Shown here: positions 1 to 8,477 of the stretch, one piece after another
How positions within the stretch are numbered: the first letter of the stretch is position 1
Layout: each line of letters starts with the position of its first letter
DNA from: a virus
Lineage: Duplodnaviria; Caudoviricetes
Virus record (IMG/VR): IMGVR_UViG_3300048858_000103
Span: 1 to 46,637 of that record
Direction: 5' to 3' (one strand)
Length of the DNA: 46,637 nt
The notes under the pieces: model-generated
Database searches by the model: none
Told to the model about the DNA's origin: nothing
Seen by the model: the letters and a program-made list of their open reading frames with translations, nothing else
Made by a program: the position numbers and the translations under genes

Positions 1-1101
1 CTATTTAAATAAAGCACTTACGAGCTTGAGAGCTTCACCGGTACGACCCACTGGATTATCACTGTAGCGAGATTGTGACATCGACTTGTCGAGCACACTG
101 ACCGCATCCCGCACCCTGGCCGGTGCAAGGTGGGCGTATCTTTCTGTCATCTGCACCGTCGAGTGCCCCAGCAAATCCCTGACCTCCATCAAGTGGACGC
201 CTGCCGTTACCAGCCAGGCCGCACACGTGTGGCGCAGGTCGTGAATGGTGAAGTCCTTGATGCCGGCGCGCTCGCACGCCGCCTCGAACCCCTCCGACAC
301 ATCGACCGCTCGCTCCCCGTCACGCCTGGCAAATACCCAGGGCGAGGCAGGGCAGTAGGTCGCGCGCTCCGCCATCCGGCTCTTGATCGCCGCCATTGCC
401 CCTTCGTTCAGCGGAATGCTCCGCCGTTTCGCGGCCTTGGTGTTGGCGCCTTCTAGGTAGATCAGGCGATTGGCCATATCGACCCGCCTCCATTCCAGCC
501 CCAACATTTCCTCCTTCCGGCAACCGGTATTCACTGCCAGCCGTATGAAGTCCTCCAGCAGATCCCCGTGCCGCTGCGACCGCGCGATGCGGCACAGCGA
601 CTCGGCCTCCGCCCGGGTGATCCAGCGTACCCGGCCCTCCGGTTCCTTCATCGTCCGGCCCTTCACAGGGTTGGGCAGGGCCCATTCCAGTTCCGTCACG
701 CACCAGTTGATCGCCGCCGACAGTGCCGCCAGCTCCCGGTTGACCGTGGCCGGTGACTTCCCTTCCTTCAGACGCAGCGACGAATATTCGCGGATATCCT
801 TCCCGCTCAGATCGTTCATCACCCTTCCTTCGAAGAATGTGCGCAGGGCCTTGACCCTGTACTGCGTCGTTGTGAAGCTTTTCTGCTGACGGCTGGCATG
901 GCCCAGGTACTCGATCATCACCTCTTCGAACGTCCTGTTCGGCTGGGCCCCCATCTGCTTTTCCCGCCACGCCTGGCTGCGGCATTCCTGCTCTATAGCC
1001 TTGGCTGCTGCGTGATCCTCGGTGCCAGCAGATCGTCTAACGTACGTGCCATCTGATGCGGTGTAGCTAATCCACCACGTGTTGCCTCTTTTGTACGGCA
1101 C
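1..1101 (-). CDS. int: Tyrosine recombinase / phage integrase
   Basis: TGCRKEE (catalytic R), HDLRHT (HxxR), LLGH...TERYAH (H, Y) motifs; GTG start. Confidence 0.96.
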   Translation of the reverse strand: MPYKRGNTWWISYTASDGTYVRRSAGTEDHAAAKAIEQECRSQAWREKQMGAQPNRTFEEVMIEYLGHASRQQKSFTTTQYRVKALRTFFEGRVMNDLSGKDIREYSSLRLKEGKSPATVNRELAALSAAINWCVTELEWALPNPVKGRTMKEPEGRVRWITRAEAESLCRIARSQRHGDLLEDFIRLAVNTGCRKEEMLGLEWRRVDMANRLIYLEGANTKAAKRRSIPLNEGAMAAIKSRMAERATYCPASPWVFARRDGERAVDVSEGFEAACERAGIKDFTIHDLRHTCAAWLVTAGVHLMEVRDLLGHSTVQMTERYAHLAPARVRDAVSVLDKSMSQSRYSDNPVGRTGEALKLVSALFK

Positions 1102-1310
1102 AAAGCCTCCTTCGGTGCGCCGCTCGCCGGCGGGAGCGTAGCAGTTGTGCCGGCTTCGATCATCTCGACCAGCTTGTGATAGTTGACGCGAACCGGGCCG
1201 AAGCCGCGGACGCAGGGCAGCCGGCCGTCCTTCACCAGCTGGTAGGCCGTAGTGCGGCCAATACCCAGCAGGCGCGCGGCCTCGCTGACTGAAATCAGGC
1301 GAATTTCCAT
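993..1310 (-). CDS. xis: Excisionase-like HTH protein overlapping the int 5' end
   Basis: LISVSEAARLLGIGRTTAYQLVKDGRLP is an HTH_17/Xis-type motif; immediately upstream of int. Confidence 0.8.
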   Translation of the reverse strand: MEIRLISVSEAARLLGIGRTTAYQLVKDGRLPCVRGFGPVRVNYHKLVEMIEAGTTATLPPASGAPKEALCRTKEATRGGLATPHQMARTLDDLLAPRITQQPRL

Positions 1311-1343
1311 GGGGCTCCAGGCCGCCCGGGGCGGCGGTCGGGG

Positions 1344-1673
1344 TTAGGCGGTGGCCTTGGCGATGGTCGCTTCGAAGCGCGAGGCCAGTGCAGCGTTAAC
1401 CTCAGCCTTCGCGGTGCTCTCGGCGGTACCCTTGGCGCGGTGCAGGGTTTCGTACCGGCGCAGGGTGGCGGCGGCATCGACCAAGTCGGCCAGCAGGTCG
1501 GGGGCAGCAGCGATGAGCACTGCGTTTGCCCGGTTTTCTAAAGGGTCATCGCCTTGCTCGCGGTAGGCGCTGACCATGCCGATATGTCGGAAAGGCTCTA
1601 TCCGGTTGATACAGCCTTCGTAGCGGCTCTCGTCAAGCGCCCAAGGACCTGGCGTATGTTTTATTACAGGCAT
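1344..1673 (-). CDS. Phage hypothetical protein (KHTPGPW...ANAxLIAAAP module)
   Basis: Common early-region phage module; GAGG RBS upstream. Confidence 0.75.
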   Translation of the reverse strand: MPVIKHTPGPWALDESRYEGCINRIEPFRHIGMVSAYREQGDDPLENRANAVLIAAAPDLLADLVDAAATLRRYETLHRAKGTAESTAKAEVNAALASRFEATIAKATA

Positions 1674-1723
1674 AGCAGTACCTCACCCACCGTCACCGGC
1701 AGGCTCATCAATGGGAAAGGGGG

Positions 1724-2566
1724 TTAGGCTGGGGTGTTAGGCGTAGGGGTGTCGCCACCCCCGGTAGATGCAAGCAGGGCGCGGATATCGTCAATCAGTG
1801 GATCGCCGGCCCAGTTAAGCTGGCGGCTTTCTGCCTTCCGCAGCAACCCCAACAGCTTGGCGTTTGTGGTGCGCAGGGCCTTATTCTCACCAGACAGAGC
1901 GGTAATTGCATCGAATCTGTAGTCACAGAGACTTCCGAGAGATTCGTTTTCTTCCTTCAGCCGCTCCACCTCAGCCTGCAGCGCGTCACGCTCGTTCGTC
2001 ATCTCATCCAGTCGCGATGCTTCAACCCTAACTGCCAGTAGCTTGCGCAGTTCTGAGTTCTCAGCCCGCAACCGAGCCACCAGCGGCTGTACGGCGTCGG
2101 CATAGGCACCCCATCCTTCATATGCCTTACGGGTTTCTTCCATGTCGTACAGGTCGCCACCATGAAAATCGGCAATCCTGCCCGGTTCAGATTGAAACCA
2201 AGCAATGAATTGTTCTTTGTCCGGCAACCCCTGCGCCGCCTTGCTCAGCCATGCCGTGAAGGCGTCGTGGTACTGCTTTGCTCCTTGAATCCAAGCATTG
2301 CGCTGCGGTGAATCCGTCCAATACGGGCATTCCGATTCAGGCTCCGGCATGCCCTCCATAGCCACGGGCTGCGTGGTGCGGGTGTTCCAGTCCCTGAAAA
2401 TCAATGACAACTGTTCGTCCGTAGCGGGAACCATCATGGTTTCCGGCTCAATAAAAACGCACTCCTCGGTATGGTCGCCAACTAGGCGATGCCAGTCACG
2501 GTTGCTTTCAATCCTCATGCAGGCACCGCAAAACGGGCACGGTTTCAGCTTCTCGTTACTCGCCAT
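1724..2566 (-). CDS. Phage protein with N-terminal Lar-like zinc ribbon and coiled coil
   Basis: LKPCPFCG N-terminus; heptad-rich C-terminal half. Confidence 0.7.
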   Translation of the reverse strand: MASNEKLKPCPFCGACMRIESNRDWHRLVGDHTEECVFIEPETMMVPATDEQLSLIFRDWNTRTTQPVAMEGMPEPESECPYWTDSPQRNAWIQGAKQYHDAFTAWLSKAAQGLPDKEQFIAWFQSEPGRIADFHGGDLYDMEETRKAYEGWGAYADAVQPLVARLRAENSELRKLLAVRVEASRLDEMTNERDALQAEVERLKEENESLGSLCDYRFDAITALSGENKALRTTNAKLLGLLRKAESRQLNWAGDPLIDDIRALLASTGGGDTPTPNTPA

Positions 2567-2753
2567 GGCTCAAACCCCACTTCGCTTTGTACTGTTCGAT
2601 GAACTCAGCAGGGAAACCGGAGCGCCAACCGCACCCGCATTTGAATTGCTCTCCATCCCACTTGGCGCGGGGCATCATTAGGTAGCAGTCACCGTTCCCG
2701 CAGTAGGGCGCATAGCCTTGCCGAGTCATGAGGTTTTCCCGAACTATGCTCAT
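2556..2753 (-). CDS. Small Cys-rich phage hypothetical protein
   Basis: MSIVRENL... start overlaps upstream stop (ATGA); YCG..C / CGCG motifs. Confidence 0.65.
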   Translation of the reverse strand: MSIVRENLMTRQGYAPYCGNGDCYLMMPRAKWDGEQFKCGCGWRSGFPAEFIEQYKAKWGLSHGE

Positions 2754-2926
2754 GGCTTGCTCCATTCAATCTCAAAGGGGCCGAGGTAAATTCGGCAATA
2801 ACCAGGCTTGCTGGGCGGCCTTACGAAATCCAATCGCCAAGTTCGGTGCATAGCCAAAAGGACATGCCACCAGCCATCCCCGGCCCGCTGAAAGCCGGTG
2901 CTAACGAACCACTTGCCGGCCCTCAT
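2750..2926 (-). CDS. 58-aa hypothetical protein (not in supplied ORF track)
   Basis: MRAGKWFVSTGFQRAGDGWWHVLL...EIEWSKP; ATGA overlaps with both neighbours. Confidence 0.6.
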   Translation of the reverse strand: MRAGKWFVSTGFQRAGDGWWHVLLAMHRTWRLDFVRPPSKPGYCRIYLGPFEIEWSKP

Positions 2927-3498
2927 GATTTGTTCACCTGCTTGGCCAGTTGCTCGCGGAAGTAACCTGCTGAAATGTGCAAGTCATTGGTTACGGCCAG
3001 CGTGATTGCCTCTTTCACCAATCCCTCAAGCTGCTGGATACGCGCCTGCAACTCGGCTATCTTCATTCTCCGGCTATACAGTTCCTGACTTTGCTCATCC
3101 AGCAATTTCACAGATTCAGCTATCTGCTGATCGCGGGCGGTAAGTACATCACGAATGCCTGTGGCAACCTGACCAGCATCATTGAGGGTTGGATCATCCA
3201 GTGCTTCAGCAATCTCTTGCAGATGGTCGCCAACAGACGGCGGCTGTGGGGCGGCTTCAATAGCGAACTGAAGTGCGCTCTTGGGGTTTAGAAGATTGCC
3301 GCGACTGGTGACAGCCAGCGTATCTTTCAGCGCTTCAACCATTTCATCAGTCGGCTGCACCGGAACCAGGCGCCACGGCCAGACCGGCACCCCCTTCACA
3401 AACCGCCCCCCGGCAATCACTGCCGCGTGCTGAGCCAGGCACTCGGGCGAATGCTCGCCCGTGGTGGTGCCGCAGTTCATGCCTTTGCATTCACTCAT
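2923..3498 (-). CDS. Phage hypothetical protein
   Basis: MSECKGMNCG start with AGGAG RBS; LVPVQPTDEMVEA module typical of phage early genes. Confidence 0.7.
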   Translation of the reverse strand: MSECKGMNCGTTTGEHSPECLAQHAAVIAGGRFVKGVPVWPWRLVPVQPTDEMVEALKDTLAVTSRGNLLNPKSALQFAIEAAPQPPSVGDHLQEIAEALDDPTLNDAGQVATGIRDVLTARDQQIAESVKLLDEQSQELYSRRMKIAELQARIQQLEGLVKEAITLAVTNDLHISAGYFREQLAKQVNKS

Positions 3499-3781
3499 TG
3501 ATCGTTCTCCTATCAGCCTGGCGCCGCTTGCTGCATTTGGTGTTGGAGTACAGATGTACTCCCGAGGTGGGCGCTGGTCGTGCCGCACGCCCCACCGCCA
3601 CGCGCATCTCGTCGATGACACCCTGAACGCCGCGAACAAACGCAGCCGGCCGATTCTTCGTGCCGCGCTCCAGGTAGTTGATGAGCTGCTGCCAGTCATC
3701 GCCCTTGCCGGCGAGGCGCTGGAGTTGCTGGATGGATTCGCAGGCCCATTCGCGGCCTTCGCGCTCAAGTATTTGGCACAT
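3491..3781 (-). CDS. Phage hypothetical protein
   Basis: MCQILEREGREWA... fills the gap between methylase and downstream gene. Confidence 0.55.
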   Translation of the reverse strand: MCQILEREGREWACESIQQLQRLAGKGDDWQQLINYLERGTKNRPAAFVRGVQGVIDEMRVAVGRAARPAPTSGVHLYSNTKCSKRRQADRRTINE

Positions 3782-3789
3782 GGGATGTC

Positions 3790-4722
3790 TCACATTTGAG
3801 ATTGGATGCGGCGGCCTATCCAGCGCACGACTGGTATGGCCTTGCTGTTGCCGATTGATTTGTAGCGGGGGCCATCGGGGCAGTCGGCAGCGACACGGCC
3901 GCGCCAGGGAATCATGGTGTAGTCGTCGGGGAAGCCTTGGCATCGCTCCCATTCCCGCGCTGTAGTGCGCCTGATTCCGTCGAGCTCCAGCACATATGCC
4001 TCTCTGTCATCGAGAGCCCCACCCCCTTGAGCCGTGAGAGTAGGATGAAGTGACAGCTCCGCTGGCCGTCCCGGCGGGCTATCCCGGCGCGAGCCTTCCC
4101 GCTCAAAAAGTACCGCGGCGGGATCGAATCCGTTTCGAGCACTTGCGACAAGGAACACACGGCGGCGTCGTTGGGCCAGGCCGAAATATTGGGCGTCAAG
4201 AACCCTCCATGCGATTGCTCTTTTGGGTCCATACACACAACCAGCGTCCGTCCACCGCTTCCCTGAAGGCTGCAGTTCGCAATCTTCCCCAGCCAGCGCG
4301 CCAAGAAAGCATCCGAAGGCGTTGCCTTTGTCGGAGAGGACGCCTGGAACGTTCTCCCAGACGATGACGGCCGGGGGCTCGCCACGGCGGGCGCGAACAT
4401 GGTCAATTGCATCTGCAAGCTCCACATATTTGATGGTGAGGGCGCCGCGTGGATCGGCCAGGCCTTCCCGCATGCCGGCCACGCTGAATGCCTGGCATGG
4501 GGTTCCGCCTACTAGGATGTCCGGCGCGGGGATTCCGCCGAGCAGCACGCGCTTGGCAAGCCGGGTCATGTCGCCCAAGTTGGGCGTGTCGGGGTAGTGG
4601 TGGGCCAGTACGGCGCTGGGGAATGGTTCGATCTCGGCGTACCAGGATGCGCGCCACCCAAGCGGGTGCCACGCTACCGTAGCGGCCTCAATGCCACTGC
4701 AGACGCTTCCGTAGGTGAGCAT
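3790..4722 (-). CDS. Orphan C5 cytosine DNA methyltransferase
   Basis: Motif I SVCSGIEA, IV GTPCQAFS, VI WENVPG, VIII QRRRRVF, IX-like RRTTAREWERCQGFPD, X YKSIGNS. Confidence 0.93.
   Translation of the reverse strand: MLTYGSVCSGIEAATVAWHPLGWRASWYAEIEPFPSAVLAHHYPDTPNLGDMTRLAKRVLLGGIPAPDILVGGTPCQAFSVAGMREGLADPRGALTIKYVELADAIDHVRARRGEPPAVIVWENVPGVLSDKGNAFGCFLGALAGEDCELQPSGKRWTDAGCVYGPKRAIAWRVLDAQYFGLAQRRRRVFLVASARNGFDPAAVLFEREGSRRDSPPGRPAELSLHPTLTAQGGGALDDREAYVLELDGIRRTTAREWERCQGFPDDYTMIPWRGRVAADCPDGPRYKSIGNSKAIPVVRWIGRRIQSQM
3912..4412 (-). CDS. Putative nested alternative-frame polypeptide inside the methylase gene (beta-subunit-like)
   Basis: Open same-strand alternative frame; GGAG 8 nt before the ATG of MQLTMF; SHGGFLTPN...SLSQVLET...YFLS segment. 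Confidence 0.45.
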   Translation of the reverse strand: MQLTMFAPAVASPRPSSSGRTFQASSPTKATPSDAFLARWLGKIANCSLQGSGGRTLVVCMDPKEQSHGGFLTPNISAWPNDAAVCSLSQVLETDSIPPRYFLSGKARAGIARRDGQRSCHFILLSRLKGVGLSMTERHMCWSSTESGALQRGNGSDAKASPTTTP

Positions 4723-4776
4723 GGGTACTCCAGGCAGCCGCCCGCCTGCCGAGGCGTGGTGGCGATGGGTGAGGGG

Positions 4777-5133
4777 TTAGGCGGCCTTTGCGTACCGTGC
4801 GCCGCGGTATTCAGGCTTGGCCTGGTAGTCGGTCGGTCGAATCACCGCGCCCAGCAACTGCTTCCAGGTGCGGGCATTGTTGGGTAGGCAGACGCCATGC
4901 TCATTCATGTCGTATTCGACTTGGCGGCTTAGTTTTCGCACCAGATCAGCTGGAACGGCGATGTTCGAGCAGCCGCTGTTGTAGTAACCAAGATGCTCAA
5001 GTACTCGGGCCTCTTCATAGATGCCAGCGCTCTCAAGCTTCCAGCAATAGCCTCTGTCGTCCGGCCGCCATAGAGTGATGGCCTTGTGGCGACGGTGGGT
5101 GTGCTTCAGGCTGAGCACGATGTACTTGCTCAT
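4777..5133 (-). CDS. Phage hypothetical protein
   Basis: MSKYIVLSLKHT start with GGAGG RBS. Confidence 0.75.
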   Translation of the reverse strand: MSKYIVLSLKHTHRRHKAITLWRPDDRGYCWKLESAGIYEEARVLEHLGYYNSGCSNIAVPADLVRKLSRQVEYDMNEHGVCLPNNARTWKQLLGAVIRPTDYQAKPEYRGARYAKAA

Positions 5134-5217
5134 GTTTCCTCCGTCCACGCCTCATCCTCCGGTACCGGGGCGGCGTGGTGACAAGTAAATTTTTACTGGA
5201 AGGAGTACATCTGTACT

Positions 5218-5550
5218 CTACTGCGGCGCGATGATCTCGTCGCCCGGGTCGCGCATCAGCTCACGGCGGGACTCGTTGTCGAATCGTGCGCGCCACGATT
5301 CAGTGATATTCAATTCGTGGAGGACACAAAGCTGGCGCAGCGCCGTATAAGCGCCCTCCGGGCCCAGCGAATGCACATAGCGAAGGCAGCCAGCGATCAC
5401 CGAGGCCTGTTCAGCATCATCCGTCCAGGCCATCAGGTCGCGGAGCATGTCCTTCTCGCCAGTCCTGACCGGCAGCCGCAGAATCTCTTCCCCGCGAGCC
5501 TTCATCTTTGTCCGGCGCTTCTCGTCCCGCTCGGCCTGGGTCATGGCCAT
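5218..5550 (-). CDS. Phage hypothetical protein
   Basis: MAMTQAERDEKRR..., GAGGT RBS. Confidence 0.7.
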   Translation of the reverse strand: MAMTQAERDEKRRTKMKARGEEILRLPVRTGEKDMLRDLMAWTDDAEQASVIAGCLRYVHSLGPEGAYTALRQLCVLHELNITESWRARFDNESRRELMRDPGDEIIAPQ

Positions 5551-5570
5551 AAACCACCTCGTTCAGTCCG

Positions 5571-5786
5571 CTAGGCGGCAAGTGCACTTGTAATTGGCGC
5601 CGCCTCTGCCGCACCCGGTTCCGCACAGCCATTCAGGCCCTCCATATCTGCATCATTCCAACCGCCCAGCCACCAGCTGCCCTTGACGCTTATGTGGCTG
5701 TAGGGGCACGCCAGCTTGCCTGCACCCCGCACCCTCTCGGCCCGGCCCTCGAAGTACACATCCGGTATGTCGCATCGCTTGCTCAT
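5571..5786 (-). CDS. Ribosome modulation factor (Rmf)-like small protein
   Basis: YFEG...CPY...WWLGGW matches the Rmf GY..G...CPY...WLGGW pattern. Confidence 0.6.
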   Translation of the reverse strand: MSKRCDIPDVYFEGRAERVRGAGKLACPYSHISVKGSWWLGGWNDADMEGLNGCAEPGAAEAAPITSALAA

Positions 5787-6346
5787 TTGGCGATTCCTCT
5801 CGTCATCCTGAGCACTAACTCGATCCCATAAGTATCGGCCAGACGTTGTACTCGGCGCTTGCCATAACCCATATGGGCGGCAGCCTGATGCAGCGTTGCC
5901 CCTGCTGAGCAGAAGGCCCTCAACCGCTCGGCATCCTTTGCATCCTGTTCGGGGGAAATCATGCGCTCGACAAAGGCTGCAACAGCGAACTTTCGCCCTG
6001 ACTGAAACGTAATGTGATTTTCCTTTCCCAGGATGCGGATCATGTTGCGGCTGACCCCCATTTCCTCTGCGGCTTCGCGCACGGTCATGGTCTTGGCCAT
6101 TTCTCGCAACTTCGCGATCCGCGCTTCCCGGGGGTTTAGGGCCGGCGCTGCTGTCGGTAGTTGTGGCTCCGTGCGTTCCCGTCCTGTGCCGCTGTTAAAC
6201 CTCAACGCTGGTAGCGGCTTGCTCACGAAGCCAGGGGCCTCAATCACCTTGCCACCGGATGCCAGGAAGGATTCGATGCCTTCGCTCAACCAGGCGCGCT
6301 CGGCGTTTTTCTGCTGGATGGTGCTCAACTCAAGGCTAATACTCAT
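5783..6346 (-). CDS. Putative DNA-binding protein with two HTH-like repeats
   Basis: TVREAAEEMGVSRNMI and TLHQAAAHMGYGKRRV segments. Confidence 0.65.
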   Translation of the reverse strand: MSISLELSTIQQKNAERAWLSEGIESFLASGGKVIEAPGFVSKPLPALRFNSGTGRERTEPQLPTAAPALNPREARIAKLREMAKTMTVREAAEEMGVSRNMIRILGKENHITFQSGRKFAVAAFVERMISPEQDAKDAERLRAFCSAGATLHQAAAHMGYGKRRVQRLADTYGIELVLRMTRGIAK

Positions 6347-6352
6347 GCTGCC

Positions 6353-6916
6353 TCACTTGATGCGAATGGAGCCTTCGCCGCGCTCAAGGTGCGCCCAGGC
6401 TGGCTCAGGGAGGAGTTCGTGTTCGGCGTCTTCGCCAGCTTCCATGCGCTTGCGCACGGCTTCGTTGTGCTCGCGGATTTCCTTGAGCTTGGCGGCGATG
6501 GCGTTCTTGTCCGGCGTGATGCTGGTCTTCACCGCGGTCAGTTCGTCCGGTACCGCCTCCTCGTTGTCGACGATCACCTTTTCCTTGCCAGCGGCCAGGG
6601 TGATGGTGAACAGCGGGCGCTTGATCGACTTGATGCTGGCGGCTTCCATGTTGCGGCGCAGGTAGTCGCTGATCTGGGCAACGCTGTTGGACTTAATGCG
6701 CTTGAGCTCAGCCAGGCGCTGAATCTCGGCATCAATGGCCACCACGTCGCTTTCGATGTTGCGGCGCAGCATTACGATGTTGTCCGCCTTCACTTCGAAA
6801 TCGCCCTGGATCTCGTCCATGGCGTGCTGCAAGGCCTCTTTTAGACCCTCGTCGTCTGTGTCGGCCATGGCCTGAAGCTCGGCCAGCTTGCCGGTGAGTG
6901 CGTACAGCTGCGTCAT
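6353..6916 (-). CDS. Siphovirus Gp157-family protein
   Basis: LYALT N-terminus, coiled coil, PDKNAIAAKLK and AHLERGEGSIRIK C-terminus. Confidence 0.85.
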   Translation of the reverse strand: MTQLYALTGKLAELQAMADTDDEGLKEALQHAMDEIQGDFEVKADNIVMLRRNIESDVVAIDAEIQRLAELKRIKSNSVAQISDYLRRNMEAASIKSIKRPLFTITLAAGKEKVIVDNEEAVPDELTAVKTSITPDKNAIAAKLKEIREHNEAVRKRMEAGEDAEHELLPEPAWAHLERGEGSIRIK

Positions 6917-7641
6917 GCCGCTGCCTCCTTCTCGAATTTGGGGGTAAGGGTCACAAGCTCTTTCGCGATGCGCTTGACGCCGGATTCGTCCCGGCGCGCG
7001 GTGAGGCGGCGCACGGCGGCGTCGTGGAGCTTCTTGAGCTCATGCAGCGACTGGGCGCCCTGCATCGTGTCAACCACGGACTTGATGTACTCAAGCCGCT
7101 CCTGTTTCTGGCGCTCCAGCTCGGCTTCCTTGTCCTCTGCCTGCTCAACAGCGACCTCTTCCTGCCGTTGCTGCACATACTCGCGGTCATCGAACATGCC
7201 CAGGAACACGTCGGCGCTGAAGCCGAGCATCGACAGGGACTTCTTGATGGCGTCCGTCAACGACTTCTTCGGTGCCTCACCGTCGGTGGTCATGCCGTAC
7301 TTCGACTTGTAGAGGTACGAGGTGCAGCCATACTGCTCAAGCTCGCCGCGCTGGCCATCCAGCATGAACCAGAACTTGATGCGCACCGTGTGGTTGAGCT
7401 CATGCCCGAGGCTGATACGCTTATCGCCTTCACCGCTGAATATCTCAGGGCCCTTGTCGAAGCGCTCCTCCAGGACGCTCCAGCCAAAGCCGATGCCAGC
7501 CGGGCCGAACACTTCCGTGGCCTTCATGATCATCGCCGTGCCGTTCAGGCTGGTGATGTTCTGACCGCCGACCTTGGCCTCCTTCGCGTAGCGGGTGTCG
7601 GTCTTGTCGACCTGCTCCCAAATCTTCATGTTTGCGGACAT
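6913..7641 (-). CDS. Sak/Rad52-like single-strand annealing protein
   Basis: ATEVFGPAGIGFGW and APKKSLTDAIKKSLSMLGFSADV motifs; recombination-module position next to Gp157. Confidence 0.7.
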   Translation of the reverse strand: MSANMKIWEQVDKTDTRYAKEAKVGGQNITSLNGTAMIMKATEVFGPAGIGFGWSVLEERFDKGPEIFSGEGDKRISLGHELNHTVRIKFWFMLDGQRGELEQYGCTSYLYKSKYGMTTDGEAPKKSLTDAIKKSLSMLGFSADVFLGMFDDREYVQQRQEEVAVEQAEDKEAELERQKQERLEYIKSVVDTMQGAQSLHELKKLHDAAVRRLTARRDESGVKRIAKELVTLTPKFEKEAAA

Positions 7642-7697
7642 AGCGAACCCCTGCGCACCAAATGGCGCATTGGAAAGTTGTGTGAAGGGAAGGGCCG

Positions 7698-7814
7698 TTA
7701 CTCGGTAACCGAGCCGCCCAGGGCGCTGAGGATCAGCCAGAGGCTACAGATCAGCAGGGCCAGGAATGAGCCGCGCCAGGTGTAGATGCGGCGGAGGCGT
7801 TGGTGGTGGCTCAC
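7698..7814 (-). CDS. 38-aa single-TM membrane peptide (not in supplied ORF track)
   Basis: GTG start overlapping upstream TGA; MSHHQRLRRIYTWRGSFLALLICSLWLILSALGGSVTE. Confidence 0.6.
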   Translation of the reverse strand: MSHHQRLRRIYTWRGSFLALLICSLWLILSALGGSVTE

Positions 7815-8005
7815 GGCCGAGCCCTCACAGCCACCCGCTTACCCTTGAACGTGCACTTGATGCGGCACGGCAGGCTGCTCACCGGCAAGTTGCGGGGCAT
7901 CAGGCAAGGTTCGTTGAAGGGCGCGCCGAAGCTCAGAATGGCGAAGCTGCGTTCGATCTCTGCCAGTTGCTCGTCTATGAGCGTGGTAACGGCGGGAGTG
8001 GTCAT
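7811..8005 (-). CDS. Phage hypothetical protein
   Basis: MTTPAVTTLIDEQLAEIE; ATGA coupling. Confidence 0.7.
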   Translation of the reverse strand: MTTPAVTTLIDEQLAEIERSFAILSFGAPFNEPCLMPRNLPVSSLPCRIKCTFKGKRVAVRARP

Positions 8006-8283
8006 GGCTGCTCTCCCCCAGCTTTGGCGATGGCGGCGCGTACCACTTTCAGGTATTGGCCATCGACCCCTACATAGCCCATACCTTCACAGCGCCTCAC
8101 GACGCCATGCAATGCTTCGAGCAACTCTGGCGCGGCGGCAATGAGGCGGGCATCCGCCTCTTCGTAAACGAAATCAACGACCTGCTCTTGGTCTTCGTTG
8201 AAATCAATTGCCCACCCGCGTGTTCCAGACCAACCTGCGGCTGTTCTTCGGGCTATCCACGGCCCCGGTGTGTGCTTGCTCAT
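8002..8283 (-). CDS. Phage hypothetical protein (KHTPGPW...ADARLIAAAP module)
   Basis: ATGA coupling; same module as 1344-1673. Confidence 0.75.
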   Translation of the reverse strand: MSKHTPGPWIARRTAAGWSGTRGWAIDFNEDQEQVVDFVYEEADARLIAAAPELLEALHGVVRRCEGMGYVGVDGQYLKVVRAAIAKAGGEQP

Positions 8284-8477
8284 GCCGCTCTCCTTACGTC
8301 ACGCTGTGCCAGGCGCCGGAAGCGCTCGCAGTAGTAGTGGAATTCGTCGGCCTGAAGGTGGCCGGCAGTAAAGCTATCGAGGATCTTCTTTTCAACGATG
8401 GCCTCGTAGAACGGCAGCGGGTCGGCTGCCGCAAGATCATCAAGGTAGCGCCCGATCAGGACGTGAATGCTGTTCAT
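8280..8477 (-). CDS. Phage hypothetical protein
   Basis: ATGA coupling with both neighbours. Confidence 0.7.
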   Translation of the reverse strand: MNSIHVLIGRYLDDLAAADPLPFYEAIVEKKILDSFTAGHLQADEFHYYCERFRRLAQRDVRRAA

